From: Diplonema japonicum
Lineage: Eukaryota > Protista > Euglenozoa: Diplonemea
Direction: 5' to 3'
Assembly (NCBI GenBank): GCA_964019335.1
Contig: OZ025760.1
Coordinates: 124,001 to 188,000, forward strand
DNA: 64,000 bases
Part shown: positions 46,601-56,668 of the stretch, one piece after another
Layout: the number at the start of each line of letters is the position of its first letter
Numbering within the stretch: the first letter of the stretch is position 1
Position numbers and translations under genes: made by a program
The notes under the pieces: generated by a model
What the model saw: the letters and a program-made list of their open reading frames with translations, nothing else
Database searches by the model: none
What the model was told of the DNA's origin: nothing

Positions 46601-47904
46601 TCATTCCAAACAGCGTAAGTCGATTTTGATTCGAATATCTCAGAAGCAGCTTTTAAAAGGGGAAGCATAGACCCGACACGTTGCAGTGCTGGTGCGATAC
46701 CGTACTCCGCATGGTGTATGGCGAAGAGGTCTTCATATATAGGACGCGGTGCAACGGCCGCAGTGTACCCAGCACCCTCACCAACATCGGAGGTGCAATG
46801 GACCCACGTCCCGCTCTTCACCATTTCAAGACGAGCATACCCGCCTGCCTTCATAACCTCGTCCTGGTTGTCTAAAGGATGAAAGCTGATCAAAGTGTCA
46901 TCGATGTAGTCTTCGGTACCATGAACCAGCGACGACACAAGCCCTAATCGTTGCCTTTGAACAGCGTGCGATGAAGGTCCATTCTGTGCCATGTTAGCAT
47001 GGCAGCACAGGTATTTACCTGTTGCAAGATGCCGTAATCGGTAAGCTGCTTGTGCACCTCCGAGCGATGCCGCGGCGATGGTGCCTCCTGTAACAATCTG
47101 ATTCGATTCGATAATCCACACAGCTCCAGATGGTTGCGGGACGTCTCGTACAGAGTACGTTGCCTTCGGTGGTTTTACAGGTGTGAAGGATACTGATGAC
47201 GGGCCGCCTTCGAAAAACGCTTCTTTTTCTTTGTGAAATAGAACAACTGGATCGCCTACCCGCAGAGGGGCAACTCCTGTCGTGTGGTCTGGCTGGCTTG
47301 CTTGTATGTCGAAAGCCTCGATTGCCCATACTGTTTCTGAGGATGGTTTTTGCGACAACCCCACACCCCTCCCTGTTGGACGACACGCTCCGTTAGGAAG
47401 AGGCGCGAAAGATATTCTTGAAAAAGACGGTCCCACCGATAAGTATTTCGACGTAGAGACGGATTCGAGAAGGAGTTGTTCCCCAGCTCGAACAACCTCT
47501 CCTTCCTCGCGGATTCTTCCCTTTGGGAGGAGGCGGAAGGTTTCTTCTAAAGAAACACTAGCGCCTTCGATCCTCTCGGCTAGGCAAAGCCCGACTTGAT
47601 CGCTGTCTTCTTCATGTGGGACAACTTGTAGGACTTGATTGGCTATGACGGAGCTGAGTCTGACGCATGAACCATATGTCACTGATCGTACCCCGTCCAC
47701 GGCTTGGTCCTCCACGGGGCGCAGGATGCTGAAGACGCACCTTTCGAACCCTTTCGGTATCGTCACCATGCCCACCCCTTCCAGCTGGTGCATTTCGTGA
47801 ACCGTGACGGTTGGGTAGCACTTCCCGTTCATGAAGTTCCCGCAGAGATGCCCCTCCGTCAGTATCGGGGACAGCGTTATCTCGTCACCATATTGAAGCT
47901 CCAT
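40610..47904 (-). CDS. ITPR: inositol 1,4,5-trisphosphate/ryanodine receptor family Ca2+ channel (3 exons)
   Basis: MIR-like YRLRHLATGKYL, LQLFCEGHN, LTEYCQGPC, LNIIFGIIIDTFAELR, CFICG, HNMW; introns 41427-41463 and 41179-41221. Confidence 0.93.
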
Positions 47905-48065
47905 TTAAACAAAAAAAAAAGGAGAGGGGGGGAGGCCCCCCCGCCCGACCCCCCCCACCCCGTTGTGTTTCTCCCCTCCTTTCTAACCGGATGTATAAAA
48001 AAAAAATTTTATCCAATGGAAAAAAATTTTTTAAAAAAAAAGAAAAAAAAAAAAAAAAAAGAAAC

Positions 48066-48728
48066 TCATCGTTTCCATTGGACAGCGAAGGTGTATTGTG
48101 ATTCGTAAAGAATCTCGTTCGATACGCTGCTTGGCCGTGGTAAGAGCGACCTCCAAGGGTTTAGTTCTGTCCCCCATACGTACCAAGGGAACGGGTCTTC
48201 AACAGGGGGATGGTACTCGGGGCCCCACAGTTCTTTGATCAAATCATCGACGACTTCCTCATCAGCGTCTGACTCAACCGGTGAGTAAGATGTAATGACG
48301 AAAGGCACCGAACTCGACTGGAGGATAAGCGCACGCACTGCGGGCCGCCAAGAAGGGTAACCCCATAGTCCTGCATTGAAAGCTATGCAGAATGTGGGTG
48401 GTGGGGTTGCTCGCTCTGTCACGTAATCTTCGTACATTTGCTTGTGGCATTGAATGCCGTTCGCCGTGATGCCGTCTAGTTCAGCAGGGACGTTGGGGCC
48501 CACCAGTACGAGCATTAATTTGTATCCTTTGCTTTTCGCGTCCAGCATTGCCTCTTCAAAACATTTTTCTACAGCCTGCATCGTCCTCCCCTCCAAATCG
48601 TCGCAGCCAACAAGCTCCACAATCCTGTCTCCTGTCAGTTTTAACTTCTCAAAGCACCACAGGAGCGTCCGCGCCCTTGTTCGCTGCTGTGTCTCGGCTG
48701 CTGGTGTATCTTCGTCCCACTCTGACAT
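48066..48728 (-). CDS. MSS51/ZMYND15 C-terminal-like domain protein
   Basis: LVLVGP, FNAGLWGYPSW, ITSYS..E...D, NPWRS; start MSEW follows an A-tract. Confidence 0.7.
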   Translation of the reverse strand: MSEWDEDTPAAETQQRTRARTLLWCFEKLKLTGDRIVELVGCDDLEGRTMQAVEKCFEEAMLDAKSKGYKLMLVLVGPNVPAELDGITANGIQCHKQMYEDYVTERATPPPTFCIAFNAGLWGYPSWRPAVRALILQSSSVPFVITSYSPVESDADEEVVDDLIKELWGPEYHPPVEDPFPWYVWGTELNPWRSLLPRPSSVSNEILYESQYTFAVQWKR

Positions 48729-49327
48729 TTTTTTTTTTTTTTTTTTTTTCCTGCAATTTTTTTTTTCTTTTCTTTTTAGGGATTGGGAAAATAAAATAAA
48801 AAACTCAGGAAACAAAAAAAAAAAAAAAAAGAAGACAAGAAAAACCGAAACTGACGGGGGTGTAAAGGGAAGCAAGATATGTTTTTTCTTTTTAAAAAAA
48901 CTCTTGAAGGACAGGAGGGGAAAACAACTTTGGAGGGGGAGGGGGGGGATCAAACCTTACAGAGGCCCAAAAAATAAAACATTTGGCCGTATCCGTCCCC
49001 GCAAAAAAAAAAAAACATGTTGGTGCAAACAGCCAGACACAGGAACGAGAAGTCAAGGGCCCGATATGCACTGGCTCTCGCACCATGTGTTTAAGTTGCA
49101 AGCACACAGACCCCATGCTCGCCAAGCTTCAGGAGAAGACGCTCTGCTATGTGAACAACGAAAAGGGGTGGCGATAGCAACACCGCCACCGCCACCGCCA
49201 CCGACAGGCAGTGACAACATGAGGTGGACATCAAAGGCAGCAGTGACGAGGTGCCCTGTGACGAGCAGCCACGTGGTAGGACTGCATACCAGAGAAAGAA
49301 GACGCTTGTGGCGGATCAGCCAATCTT

Positions 49328-49373
<46 letters not shown>

Positions 49374-49963
49374 TCGCGGTGGTGGAGACATGGCATTTTC
49401 TTGACGAAAATACTCTTTTCTTATTGTGTGTTTCTATAGTATTTCCCTTTTTTTCTTTTTGTTTTGTTCTTCCCCGCTTTGTATCACAGATAGGATCTAT
49501 CACTAGAGGCTATCTCTTTTTTATTTTTATTTTTTTTTTTGGCAGTTGATTTTATACAAGGAGGATATTTTTGAAATCAACATTTTTGTCACCCAACAAA
49601 AAAAAAAGAGCCGATTTTTCAGTATTGCTATCACTATTTTCTCCCCTCTTCCCCAAAAAAAAAAAAAAAAAAGAAACGTAATAAAGACCTTGTTTTTACA
49701 TAAAAAGAAACGTCAGTTGAAAATTTTTCTTCTTTCTTCTCGTTTTATTGTCTTGCGTTCCCTTTTTTTTTCCCAGTATAGAGAAAAGGCAGAGAGAGAG
49801 AGGTAGGAACCTACTTTTATATTCCCCCCCCCCCCCGCCTCCCTTCTTCTTCTTTTTTCTCTCTCTTTACACAATTAAAGAAAGGAACACGTCCTAGAAA
49901 GGAAAGAAGAAGAAAAATAGCAAACAAGATCATCAGGCAGGAGAAACAAAAAAAAAAGAGAAA

Positions 49964-49996
<33 letters not shown>

Positions 49997-50306
49997 AGCG
50001 GAACTCAGTCGGTGTTGGTGCGTGACTGTGGGAGGAGAAAGGGGAAGAATATTTGTCCCCGCCCTCCCCTCCCCTCCCTCCCGCCCCTTGTTTTTGTGTA
50101 GACATTGAGCTACAAAGTTTTTTAATCGCACTAAAAAAAAAAAAAAAAAAGGAGAGGGGGGAGACAATTTTTTTTGTTTGTGCACAGCCGGGATTAACCT
50201 GTAGAAGGATAAGCCCAACAATGTTTACCACTACTTTTTTTTTTTTTTTTAAAGCACTAACAATTCATTATCAAGGCGAAAAACAATATCTGTGTCAAAA
50301 ACTCCG

Positions 50307-50337
<31 letters not shown>

Positions 50338-50414
50338 TTTTTTTCTTGCTTTGACCAGTTCTTCGCCACCATGTATACGGTTTTTCATTAAAAAAAAAAA
50401 AAAAAAAAAAAAAA

Positions 50415-52310
50415 TCATTCTCCAAACAAATTCCCCGGTTCGGGCAAGCTGGTGCTGGGCTTTCCCACGGACACTAAGAACGGGTGCGCGATCAGCTCCT
50501 TGGCGCTAGGGCGGTCCTCCGGCTGTATAACCAAACAGCTATGCATGAACGACGTCGCCTGCTCCGACACATGCGTTGGAAGGTTAGTAGGCAAAGTCGT
50601 AGAAGAAGCAATATGATAAATTGCTGCCCACATAGTTGGATAGATAGGCCACGGCGGCGCGCCCTTATTGAGCATTTCAGAGACTGTGCATCCAACAGAC
50701 CACACATCGGAAGCAGTTCCATAAATTGCATCACCACCTATAACCTCAGGAGCCATCCAGTAAGGGGTTCCCACCATAGTGGAACAACCTTTGTTGTTGT
50801 TGCACGCGTTTTGAATCTTTTTCGAGCATCCGAAATCCGCCAGCTTCACAACCCCGTCGTTGCGGACGAGCACGTTTTCACCTTTTATGTCACGATGTGC
50901 TACTTTCATGTTGTGAAGGTACGCCAGGCCTTCTAACAACTGTATAGTGTAACGTTTAGCAAGAGCTTCGTCCAAATATGTTGGAAGCCTCTTAACAAGA
51001 GAAGACAACGATCCACCGTCGACGAATTCCATGAAAATGTGTAGTTTTACCAAATGACGGTCGTACTCGACGTCGAGGTACTGGGTGATGTTTGTGTGGG
51101 AGAAGTCCTTCATGAGAGAAACCTCCGTAAGAAGATCACAGATCGATTTTTCAGACACGCCTTTACTGAGGTCGACGACCTTAACAGCGACGAAGAGACC
51201 CGTGTGTAGAATACCTAGATACACCTCACCAAAGGAACCCTTACCTATCATGTGGGATTTCTGCCATTTGTCGAACGTGGAGCGATCGGATTTTACATTA
51301 AGCAACATGTCGGGGGTTGGAATGACAGATGAATCCGGCTGCATCGACGCGACGAGACCAGACTGTACAGATTGAATGGAGGTTTCTAATGGTTGCGGTT
51401 CAGGGGTTTTTTCATCCTTCATTCCGAGGCTGACCTGCGCCACGGATTGAACCACGGACGGGAACACAGAACTGTACACCGTGTCCATTGGGGATGTGAC
51501 TATAACATCAGCAGACGCTTCCAAAGGGTTCTTCGTCTGGTCATGCTCGATGACTTTCAATTCCTCTTGTACTGGCTTAACAGGTGGAAGTGAATCTTTT
51601 GCTCTCTTATCAGCGACACCCTGTATCTTCCCACGCCTCCAAGACCTCACGATCCCGCATAAGGTAAGAGCGACCAACAGAAACGACACCACCGACACTG
51701 CGAGGACTATTAGAAGCCATGCTGGGAGATTGTCCGAAGACGATGGGCTGGTGGTTGTGGTTGGTTGGAAGATTGCAGTGCAGAGCTCCTCGGTGTTGGT
51801 GCACACGGCGTAGTCCGGGTCTGTGAGGCAGCGGGAGTATACGTTCTCCCCGCAACTGTACTTTAAACGGCAAGCGTGGGTTTCTGTTTTGCATGATGGG
51901 GTGCATTCTTGCAGCGTGCACACGTCCAGTTTGCGAACGCAGTTTATGGCGTACTCGTATGAAGGGAGGTCGCAGCCCCACGCCTTGCAGATATCCCATT
52001 CGTGAGTTGCCACCGCGCTCTGGTTGCTCGTATTATGGGGGAACATTATCTTACCATCGAACCCGTCTTGACATATGTCATCTGCTTCGGTGATGCAGTG
52101 GCTGAAGTTGCACCATGCCTTCGCCCTGTAGTAGGTGTCGAAGTTTTGATTGTCTCTGTTTGTGTATACTGCACAGTTGCACCCGGGGCTCATGCAGCAC
52201 TCCGTCTCGCATTCTGCGATCTTGTCCGCGCATTGTTCGCTCAGAGCAGCGGACGCGGTGGCCGACAGGCTTGCCGCGAGGTAGACTGTTAAATAGATTG
52301 TTGGCTTCAT
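50415..52310 (-). CDS. receptor-like STE11/MAP3K kinase (signal peptide, Cys-rich ectodomain, TM)
   Basis: GKGSFG, VAVK, HRDIKGEN, DFG, GTPYWMAPE; hydrophobic N-terminus and single TM. Confidence 0.9.
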   Translation of the reverse strand: MKPTIYLTVYLAASLSATASAALSEQCADKIAECETECCMSPGCNCAVYTNRDNQNFDTYYRAKAWCNFSHCITEADDICQDGFDGKIMFPHNTSNQSAVATHEWDICKAWGCDLPSYEYAINCVRKLDVCTLQECTPSCKTETHACRLKYSCGENVYSRCLTDPDYAVCTNTEELCTAIFQPTTTTSPSSSDNLPAWLLIVLAVSVVSFLLVALTLCGIVRSWRRGKIQGVADKRAKDSLPPVKPVQEELKVIEHDQTKNPLEASADVIVTSPMDTVYSSVFPSVVQSVAQVSLGMKDEKTPEPQPLETSIQSVQSGLVASMQPDSSVIPTPDMLLNVKSDRSTFDKWQKSHMIGKGSFGEVYLGILHTGLFVAVKVVDLSKGVSEKSICDLLTEVSLMKDFSHTNITQYLDVEYDRHLVKLHIFMEFVDGGSLSSLVKRLPTYLDEALAKRYTIQLLEGLAYLHNMKVAHRDIKGENVLVRNDGVVKLADFGCSKKIQNACNNNKGCSTMVGTPYWMAPEVIGGDAIYGTASDVWSVGCTVSEMLNKGAPPWPIYPTMWAAIYHIASSTTLPTNLPTHVSEQATSFMHSCLVIQPEDRPSAKELIAHPFLVSVGKPSTSLPEPGNLFGE

Positions 52311-52340
52311 GACATTTCCCTCTTTTTGTTTCTTTCTTTC

Positions 52341-52380
<40 letters not shown>

Positions 52381-52585
52381 TGCTGTGTTGTGTGTGTTTT
52401 GTTGTTGTTGTTGTAGTGAAATGAACAAACTAAAAAAAGAATGACCAGCGTGTCGCTATCATCTTAACCAGTCGAGTCTTGCTGTCCCAATGGGGGCACC
52501 AAGGAGGTCGAAGACCCAGCAAACAAAAAAAAAAAAAAAAAAAAAAAAAAAAACACACACACACGCACATGCTGTAAAGCGTGTG

Positions 52586-54715
52586 CTATACCCTCTCGGT
52601 GAGCACCATAAGAGAGCAGGAAGGAAGCGGGAGGCTGATATTTCGAGGTGTGGCGCGAAGAGAAGGCAAGGGAGAGACGTCAAGACGGTAAGCAGCAGGG
52701 GGTGGAGGGGTGAGAGAGTTTGGGAAACAGCCCTGGCCATGGCAAAACAAAGAATTGTCGGCGGATACAGCCGAGATTCGAGGAAGGACGGACACCGCCT
52801 GGGGGAGGGACAGCAGCGCCTCCTCGAGGGTTTCTATCTTCCTGCCGATGAAAGCCGCAGCGCGGTAGTTGGAAAACGCCTTCTGCGAGTGAAGCTCGAC
52901 GTGGAGCAGTCTCAAAACCGTCGTGAGATGCGCCTGCTGAGCTGTCTTAAGGGCGTCAAGCGATTTCTCCCATAGTTTCCATTTGTTGACCACTTTTTTG
53001 ACAAGCTTCCGCTTGCTGATGACGGAGTTCTTCGTTCTGTTTGGGAAGCGGCTCATCCTCACCCCTCCTTCGAACCTGTCATCGTCATCAGATGAGCCAT
53101 CGTCTCCTTCAGGAAACTGCCCCGAGAGCGACAGAACCTGCCGATGGATAGCAAGAAGGGTGTCGAGAGCGACTGATAGACTCTCACCGTGTTCCATCTC
53201 AGAGAGTTTTATTCTGAGCTCTTCGAGGGTCTGCTCCAAGGTGAGTGTCTGTATCTCACACGGTGCGGTGATGATGCTCTTGCTGCAGGCATCGTTCTCG
53301 TGATGCATCTGTCGTTGTTCTTTTTCCGCGTTTTCTATTTTTCGAACGGCGTCTTCGTTTTTTAACACGAGCTCTCGCTCTCTTTTTTTTAAGAGGGTGA
53401 TGGTGTCTCGGGATTCTATCTCCGCTTTCCGAAGCTTGTTCACCTCGACTTGAATTTTTTCCCTGTCGGCTTGACACGTTTCAAGTTGTTCTGCTATACG
53501 GGCGTGTTCTGCATCCTGTTCGGTCAGGTAGCTTTTGAGTTTTTTCGTTTCGGTCAACAATTTCTCCATCTTTTTGACCGGTTCATGCGCGTGGGGACCG
53601 AGGTCGTTGTTCAGAGTTTCTTTTCGAACAACCGTCGCTGGTTCGTAATCCACATCGGTGAGTAATGATGAGAACCGCGTGTACACGGCAGAGGGGAAGT
53701 CAATTGCTGCTCCGAGTTTTGCGGACACGTCAAGAAACCTTGATTCAAGATGGCGGGCGTTATCTATAAATGATGCTAAAGGCGTTTTGGTGGTGGTTTC
53801 GAATGGGTTTCCCTTGCATCGAGTCGGGGTGATACCGAGCTCTGATGAGAAGACCTGCATCGTGGTCAGGAGGAAGGCCGAGTTGGCACGTTTCAGTTCC
53901 CGCACTGTGTTCTTCAAGGGAAGCAGTTGTGTCTCGATATCTTCAAAGGCTGCTATTTTCGCGGTGAGGCTTTTCATCTTCAGCTCCTGCTCGGCTATGA
54001 TCGCGCTGGACTCGTCGTTCATCTTCGCAAGTTTTTTGTTCGCGCGTTCTTCTTTCGCAAGCTGTTGAAGGAGTTCTTTTGTTGCTTCTGATTGAGACAC
54101 CTCTTCTTCTGGTTGTTCGTCGGTCGTTTTTTGTTGGTCACCGTCTTCTAGCAATGCTTCTTCCTCTACTTTCAACATTTTTGAGCATTCGCTCGCCGTT
54201 TTTGTTACAAGCCACTCCCTGCATTTTCTCATTAACCGGAAGCAGTCTTGTCGAATCTTCAGCTTGAAGAGAACCGCTTCTTTTGAATGCTGTGCTCGGA
54301 GCGCTTGGATCTCCTTTTGTTTTTCCTCAATTTCAAATTTTTTTGCAAGAGTCTTCTCTGTGAGCGAGCTGATGCGCTCCTTCAGCTTTCGTATGTCGCA
54401 GTCCTTTCGGGATATAAGGGCAGTGTACTTCTCTGCGATTTGGTTTTCCAGTACCGCTGTTCTCAGATCTGTCGTGAGACCGTTCCACTTGCCTTCGCTC
54501 GGTGTTTCGGTTACCGCTTGACTGGGCTCGGAAGGGGCTGGGGCTGTTGGGGAGTAGACTGCAGACGACGTCTCGCTTTGGTCCTCATCCTCCTTTTGAA
54601 TTGTTTTCGTCGCGTCGCTGGTTTCCGTGTAAGATTTCAACGCCTCTAGCAGGCTGCTCCCGTCTTTGGAGTTCATGCCCCCGAGTTTCTTGGCCTTCTT
54701 CTTGAACTTTCCCAT
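52586..54715 (-). CDS. coiled-coil hypothetical protein
   Basis: Long heptad-rich ORF; likely start MGKFKKK; 3' end may continue through an intron (GTATAG at the stop). Confidence 0.7.
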   Translation of the reverse strand: MGKFKKKAKKLGGMNSKDGSSLLEALKSYTETSDATKTIQKEDEDQSETSSAVYSPTAPAPSEPSQAVTETPSEGKWNGLTTDLRTAVLENQIAEKYTALISRKDCDIRKLKERISSLTEKTLAKKFEIEEKQKEIQALRAQHSKEAVLFKLKIRQDCFRLMRKCREWLVTKTASECSKMLKVEEEALLEDGDQQKTTDEQPEEEVSQSEATKELLQQLAKEERANKKLAKMNDESSAIIAEQELKMKSLTAKIAAFEDIETQLLPLKNTVRELKRANSAFLLTTMQVFSSELGITPTRCKGNPFETTTKTPLASFIDNARHLESRFLDVSAKLGAAIDFPSAVYTRFSSLLTDVDYEPATVVRKETLNNDLGPHAHEPVKKMEKLLTETKKLKSYLTEQDAEHARIAEQLETCQADREKIQVEVNKLRKAEIESRDTITLLKKRERELVLKNEDAVRKIENAEKEQRQMHHENDACSKSIITAPCEIQTLTLEQTLEELRIKLSEMEHGESLSVALDTLLAIHRQVLSLSGQFPEGDDGSSDDDDRFEGGVRMSRFPNRTKNSVISKRKLVKKVVNKWKLWEKSLDALKTAQQAHLTTVLRLLHVELHSQKAFSNYRAAAFIGRKIETLEEALLSLPQAVSVLPRISAVSADNSLFCHGQGCFPNSLTPPPPAAYRLDVSPLPSLRATPRNISLPLPSCSLMVLTERV

Positions 54716-55117
54716 GTTTTTCTTTTTTCCCCCCACTCCTTTTTCTAAGCGGGGGGGAGGGGGATAGAAAAAAAAAAACAAGGGCCGAGCAAATAGCACG
54801 TGATGCTGATGCGTACGGCGCACTGAGAACTTTCATCTGCCACCGGCTTTCCTTCCTGCCACAAAAAAGAAGTGCGTAACGCTACCTTCAAACCATTTAT
54901 ATCTGTGTAACGGTATCTCAAAGTCCTCTGTCACACTGTCTCACATACGAAGCAGAGGTGCCTCTAGCCCTTCTTATCACGCTTGTATCACTGCCGCATC
55001 TATACAGCAATTCTGGTGTGTTATCTTCCGTCGTGTTCAGGTCTCCTCCTACTATTCTAGGTACCAGGCGTAGTGTAAAGGGAAAGAAGGGGGGGGGGGG
55101 GGGGGGGGGGGAATAGA

Positions 55118-55260
55118 GAATACTGCAATATAAAGGTGACTGACATCCTCAAGAGGCCACCCAACGTACAGGAATTAAGCAGAGGTTGCTTTCATGACCC
55201 GTATCAGTCCATTGCCGGAAAGAATTTAAGGAAAGTAACAGAACAAAGGGGAAGAAGAAG
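55118..55260 (-). repeat. diverged R1 core copy
   Basis: GGTGACTGACATCCTCAAGAGG...GGAATTAAGCAGAGGTTGCTTTCATGACCCGTATCAGTC; a shorter remnant lies at 56327-56411. Confidence 0.75.
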
Positions 55261-55355
55261 AAGGGAAAAAAAGGGGGGGGGGGAAAGATCCCTGCTAACT
55301 ATTTTCTTTCTCTACGCTACAATATATGTTCACTACATGCACTCCACCCCTACTC

Positions 55356-55916
55356 CTACCCGGTCAGCAGTTTCTGCAAGACGCCTATCAATAAGCTCAG
55401 GAGCATCGAACTGCCTATGGGTGCAAAGAAGAAAACATTACCGTAATTGAAACTGAGGTCCCCTGGAACGCCAGTCGAAGCGTAGCGGGGGGAGGAAGAA
55501 GAAGAGGAAGAAGACGAGGACGATCTAGGCGCGGAGGGGAACAAAACAAATTTGTACAGAAGCGTCAGAAATATCAAAGAATATATCAACAGTATAGGAA
55601 GGCGGTAGGCTGGGAGGATACCGAAAGTGCCTATGTAGTCCTGTGCACGTGTTAGCAAAGGGACAGGTGGTGGCGGCGGAGGTGAAGAAGTGCTTTGCTG
55701 CGTCTCTGTGACCCTCGGTGCCCGCCCTGATTCGATTTCCCTTTCCACGCTTTCCAGTAGCCTCTCAGCACAGACCGCCACCCTTGTCCCGGGGGACAAT
55801 GTGCCCACCTTCTTGCAAAACCTCGCCGCGCGCTCAAACTGTCGCTTTCTCACGAAGCCCTCGGCCAACGCCATACACCGCTCTGCTTCGCATTCGTTCG
55901 CTGTTGAAAGATTCAT
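55356..55916 (-). CDS. small membrane protein with DNAJB12/14-like N-terminal helical motif, no J domain
   Basis: NECEAERCMALA...ERAARFCKK resembles NKDEAERCISIA...RALRFLEK; two hydrophobic segments. Confidence 0.55.
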   Translation of the reverse strand: MNLSTANECEAERCMALAEGFVRKRQFERAARFCKKVGTLSPGTRVAVCAERLLESVEREIESGRAPRVTETQQSTSSPPPPPPVPLLTRAQDYIGTFGILPAYRLPILLIYSLIFLTLLYKFVLFPSAPRSSSSSSSSSSSPRYASTGVPGDLSFNYGNVFFFAPIGSSMLLSLLIGVLQKLLTG

Positions 55917-55956
55917 GGTTCGCCTCCCCACACCAAGCCCCCCCTTTTATTATCGT

Positions 55957-56001
<45 letters not shown>

Positions 56002-56351
56002 GGTATAGAAAAGGGGGATAAAGAGGATGAAGGGGGGGGGGGTTTCTTTTTTTTTTTTACGTTGTTCCCGAGGGGGATAAAGCTAGCGGAAGAAGGGAAA
56101 AAAAAAAAAAAAAAAAAAAAAAAAGATGTCGCTGAAGGAACGAGAAGAAAGAGGACAGAACTTAGGTTCAAAACAGAAGTGAGTTGGGGAGTGCAACGGG
56201 GGGGGGGGGGGTCACCACCCGAACACAAGGAATCTCATTCCAAAGTAACTCGCTTAAGCCAGGCCTGAGGTCTTGCTGCCCCTAAAGAAAGAGATAACAA
56301 ATAACAACTTTAAAAAAAAAAAGGACAAATACTGCAAAATGAAAACGTAAA

Positions 56352-56390
<39 letters not shown>

Positions 56391-56668
56391 GACTGACATC
56401 CTCAAGAGGAGACACAAAAAATTAATTTCCTTTTTGAGTGTGTTGGTGGACGACGACGGAACACTACTTCAAGAACACCATTTTGTTCTCAGAAATCTCA
56501 GAAAACAAAAAAAGACAATCCCGCAGCAGAGCCTTCGTCCCTATTGTTGCCTTTAGTCTAACGCAGCCGTGCCACTCGGTTTTTCTTGTAGAGGGGTGGA
56601 TAAGATTGGTCCCACCTCCCTACCCTTACAAGCTGACGATAGTATCGTTTTTTTTTCTTTTCTTTTTT

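Noticed and set aside
49020-49400. Possible plus-strand exon or TE fragment
   Set aside because: No recognisable motif or intact frame; cannot be supported
31458-54823. Poly-K/F N-terminal extensions on listed ORFs (to 31563, 35086, 48953, 54823)
   Set aside because: Homopolymer 5' flanks read from non-ATG starts; downstream ATGs were used instead
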